Assembly (NCBI GenBank): GCA_965603295.1
Contig: CBFDCL010000003.1
Location: forward strand, 1 to 50,893
Length of the DNA: 50,893 bases
Source: an uncultured bacterium
Lineage (GTDB): Bacteria > BMS3Abin14
Direction of reading: 5' to 3'
Below the pieces are notes generated by a model. The model was not told the DNA's origin. It saw nothing but the letters and a program-made list of their open reading frames with translations, and ran no database searches. Each line of letters begins with the position of its first letter. Positions within the stretch are counted from its first letter, which is position 1. Of this stretch, positions 48,242-50,893 are shown piece after piece. Both the position numbers and the translations under genes were made by a program.

Positions 48242-48802
48242 TTATAAGCTTACGCTTCCTTTCGCATCGATAGCCATATTGGCCATCTTGTCCGCCTGAC
48301 GGTTCTCCTCGCGGGGGATATGATGAAAAACAACCTGTCGAAAGGGTTCCAGGCTTTTCACTGCCTGGAAGTAGAGCTCCTGAAGGCTCGGACTTTTAAC
48401 CCGGTATTCCCCTCTCATCTGGCGGATCATGAGTTCGCTGTCGGAAAAAACTTCGAGATGGGAAAAGCCCCGGCGTCCGGCCTCCTTCATCCCCAGGATG
48501 AGGGCTTTGTACTCCGCCTCGTTGTTGGTGGCCTTCCCCAGATATTCCCCCATGCTGACTACCTTTTTACCGCCCGCTTCCAGGACCATGCCGACTCCCG
48601 CTTGTCCGGGGTTCCCTCTTGCGGCCCCATCCACCCACAAAGCGGCCTTTTCTTCCGTTCCCTCGAAAAGTTCCGCCGCGGTGGAAAGGATCTCCCCCAG
48701 TTCCTTCCGGGTCATCCCGGGAAAACCATCAAGGGTCGCCGCCGTGTCCAGGCACTTCGCCAGAAAATGGACCACTTTCCGGGGATCATACCTGATCGAC
48801 AT
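48242..48802 (-). CDS. rnhA: Ribonuclease HI (archaeal-like subtype)
   Basis: DGAARGNPG, TNNEAEY, DSEL...QM.G.Y.V, HIPREEN..AD.MAN; start set at MSIRY. Confidence 0.9.
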   Translation of the reverse strand: MSIRYDPRKVVHFLAKCLDTAATLDGFPGMTRKELGEILSTAAELFEGTEEKAALWVDGAARGNPGQAGVGMVLEAGGKKVVSMGEYLGKATNNEAEYKALILGMKEAGRRGFSHLEVFSDSELMIRQMRGEYRVKSPSLQELYFQAVKSLEPFRQVVFHHIPREENRQADKMANMAIDAKGSVSL

Positions 48803-49493
48803 AGATAATCCGGCCACAATTCGGGCAGTTGTGAATTCCACCGTGCGCCAGAACCTGATTATAAAGCTGAGGGGGGATCATCATGAAACACCCGTTGCAC
48901 ACTCCTCCCGTCACCCGGACCAGCCCTTTTCCCCTGTACCTGTTAAAAACCCTCTGGTATCTGGCCAGCAGATCCGGTTCAATGAGGCCGGCTTCCACCT
49001 CCCTGTTTTTCTGCAGGTCCTCCTTTTCGCCCTGGATCTGCTTTAACCGATTGTTGGCCTCCGACTTCTGCGTTTTCAAGGTTTTCTTCAGATCTTTTAG
49101 AAGAGACTGGGTCTCGAGGAGGCTTTCCTCGAGCTGGCCTTTTTCTTCCTGCACTTCCCTGATCTGGCTTTCTGACTCCCCGCGGCGTTTTTTGGCTATC
49201 TCGGATTCCCTTTGAACAGCCTGGTATTCACGCTGCGTCTTCACTGCAAGGGCTCGGGCCTGGCTTCGGCGCTGCTGATCTTTGGCCTCTTCGACCTCGC
49301 GCGTGAACTCCTTAATCCGCGTATCAAGCTCTTCAATCTCCGACCGGACCTGATTCAGGCGTCCCTCCACCTCGCTGACGCGGTCCCCTTTTTCCTCCAG
49401 TTCACGGGGGATTTTCTCTTCCTCGATCTGGAAAGCAACGATCCTTTCATCGGTTTCCTGAAGGTGAACCAATCTGTCCAACATATCCTTCAC
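48786..49493 (-). CDS. Coiled-coil C4 zinc-ribbon protein (CT398/DUF164-like)
   Basis: Long coiled coil, then CNGCFMMIPPQ...CPNCGRII. Confidence 0.92.
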   Translation of the reverse strand: MKDMLDRLVHLQETDERIVAFQIEEEKIPRELEEKGDRVSEVEGRLNQVRSEIEELDTRIKEFTREVEEAKDQQRRSQARALAVKTQREYQAVQRESEIAKKRRGESESQIREVQEEKGQLEESLLETQSLLKDLKKTLKTQKSEANNRLKQIQGEKEDLQKNREVEAGLIEPDLLARYQRVFNRYRGKGLVRVTGGVCNGCFMMIPPQLYNQVLAHGGIHNCPNCGRIIYVDQV

Positions 49494-49539
49494 TCTCTTC
49501 CTCCTTGACAGGCTTTCGACATTCCCGGCCCGATCTCTC

Positions 49540-50658
49540 TCAGACCATCGTCACAAACGGATCCTTTTCCCTCGCGCACGAAATGGCCACTTCCCATCCC
49601 CTTTCCCTGGTTTCCCTTTTGATCCTCTCGCTGAAACGGAGTATCCCGTACCTTTCCGGACCGAAATGCCCCACATCCAGGATGGAAAGTCTTCTCTCTT
49701 CAGCAGTGCGCGCCTCATGATATTTAATGTCACCGGAAACAAACAACTCCGCCCCCGACGCAAAAACCGCATCCAGGAGGGAACCTCCGCTTCCCGCGCA
49801 GACGGCCACCTGGCGAACTTTTCGCCCTTCCGTGCCTACGAACCGGACGGTTTTGATCCGCAGGGTCTTCTTCAGGATTTCGGCGATCTGCCGAACAGGC
49901 ACTTTCGACGGCAACAGACCCACCAGGCCGATGCCCACCCCGGACGGTTTGCCGGCCAGTGGGTAGACATCAATGGCAGGTTCATCATAGGGGTGCTTTC
50001 TCCTCACGGCATCCAGGACATCCTTCAATCGCCCTTCCGGTACAAGCACCTCCAACCTGGCTTCCCGGGTTGTCTCCATGCAGCCGGGGATGCCGACAGT
50101 GGGGTTCGTTGTCCCATCCCCGAGGAACGACCCCTCACCCTGTACCGAAAACGAGCAATTGCGGTAATGGCCGATCCGGCCCGCGCCTGCCCCGAAGGCA
50201 GCCTTTTTCACCGGTTCAAGGGCACTGACGGGAAGAAAAACGACGATTTTAAAACCGTCTGAACCGGTGGGCAGAAGGGTTTTCGTTTTCGTTAAACTTA
50301 GAAGTTTCGCCAGGGAAGCGTTGATCCCGTGAGAAGATGCGTCCAGGTTCGTATGGGCGCTGTACACCGTCAACCCTCCCCGGACAGCCTCGACAAAAGC
50401 GGCTCCGGCCGGACTGGCCGTGCTCCCGGGCCCCAGAGGCCGAAAAAGAAGAGGGTGGTGGGTCACAAGCAGTTCCGCGCCGGCATGCAGCGCCTGGCTC
50501 ACCGTGTCCTCGTTGGCATCGAGGGCGAACATGACCCGCCTGGCCGGACGCGCGGGCTCCCCGCATTGCAACCCCACCGGGTCTCCGGAAAGAGCAGTTT
50601 CAACGGGTGCGAAACTTTCCAGAATTTCTATGATTTGCGCTATTGTCGTTGTCTTCAT
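49540..50658 (-). CDS. Nif3/YbgI-family dinuclear metal protein with a PII-like insert
   Basis: D.VGL, THHPLLF, YSAHTNLD, HPYDEPA, AVCAGSG, SGDIKYH, DVGHF..E. Confidence 0.94.
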   Translation of the reverse strand: MKTTTIAQIIEILESFAPVETALSGDPVGLQCGEPARPARRVMFALDANEDTVSQALHAGAELLVTHHPLLFRPLGPGSTASPAGAAFVEAVRGGLTVYSAHTNLDASSHGINASLAKLLSLTKTKTLLPTGSDGFKIVVFLPVSALEPVKKAAFGAGAGRIGHYRNCSFSVQGEGSFLGDGTTNPTVGIPGCMETTREARLEVLVPEGRLKDVLDAVRRKHPYDEPAIDVYPLAGKPSGVGIGLVGLLPSKVPVRQIAEILKKTLRIKTVRFVGTEGRKVRQVAVCAGSGGSLLDAVFASGAELFVSGDIKYHEARTAEERRLSILDVGHFGPERYGILRFSERIKRETRERGWEVAISCAREKDPFVTMV

Positions 50659-50672
50659 CCCGGGAACGAATT

Positions 50673-50700
50673 AAAAAAGGTGCACTCTATTGAGTGCACC
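50673..50700 (-). terminator. Terminator-like hairpin between the tRNA and the Nif3 gene
   Basis: GGTGCACTC-AATA-GAGTGCACC-TTTTTT. Confidence 0.7.
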
Positions 50701-50847
50701 CAGGTTTTCTGGTGTCAAGGTTTTGGGAAGGAAACCAGCCATTTTTCATTCAGACTCATGGCCTGGTTTTTCCTCCACAATAAGGAGTTGTTTTCCTCTC
50801 ACTATATCTCTTTCCGAATCCGTTTTTCAAAGATTTTCCCTTGGACT

Positions 50848-50893
50848 TGGTGGGCCCACTCCGACTCGAACGGAGGACCTACCGGTTATGAGC
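50848..50893 (-). tRNA. tRNA with CAT anticodon, 3' half only (probably tRNA-Ile2)
   Basis: GCTCATAACCGGTAGGTCCTCCGTTCGAGTCGGAGTGGGCCCACCA, with T-loop and encoded CCA; cut off by the window edge. Confidence 0.88.

Noticed and set aside
50848-50893. Initiator tRNA-fMet
   Set aside because: The 3' anticodon stem reads CCGGT rather than the CCC run typical of initiators, and the GGGCCC-A-CCA acceptor end fits Ile2. The 5' half is missing, so elongator Met is not fully excluded.

Overview
The window reads like chromosomal DNA of an anaerobic, Desulfobacterota/Deltaproteobacteria-like bacterium; this assignment comes from gene content only. Bases 1-22.6 kb hold an OmcS-type cytochrome nanowire locus. 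On the minus strand it has an NHL beta-propeller, a hexaheme OmcS homologue behind a c-di-GMP-I (GEMM-I) riboswitch, a YVTN propeller lipoprotein, a beta-barrel, two CsgG-like lipoproteins, a SurA/PpiC-like chaperone, 26-heme and 16-heme cytochromes and a second NHL protein. This operon starts at a sigma-54 promoter. Divergently lie a REC-PilZ protein, a membrane spermidine-synthase-like protein, an orphan substrate-binding protein, a CxxCH-bearing histidine kinase and a sigma-54 activator. Bases 22.9-32.1 kb hold a SAM-I-riboswitch-controlled homocysteine synthesis operon, a globin-coupled sensor, mobA, cysK and a hidden selenoprotein: a thioredoxin-fold lipoprotein with UxxC and a SECIS-like hairpin, which the ORF track splits in two. 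The rest is mostly housekeeping: pfkB, rlpA, cyclophilin, panE, trmH, DUF89, CNNM, LOG, an ahbD-hemE-hemH-marR-hemY heme cluster, nth, an enlarged RNase P RNA, rnhA, a zinc-ribbon protein, Nif3 and a partial tRNA(CAT). Intergenic regions carry many 7/8-mer tandem arrays, often as inverted pairs, plus REP-like palindromes. All calls were made by eye from motifs and recalled family sequences; no searches were run.
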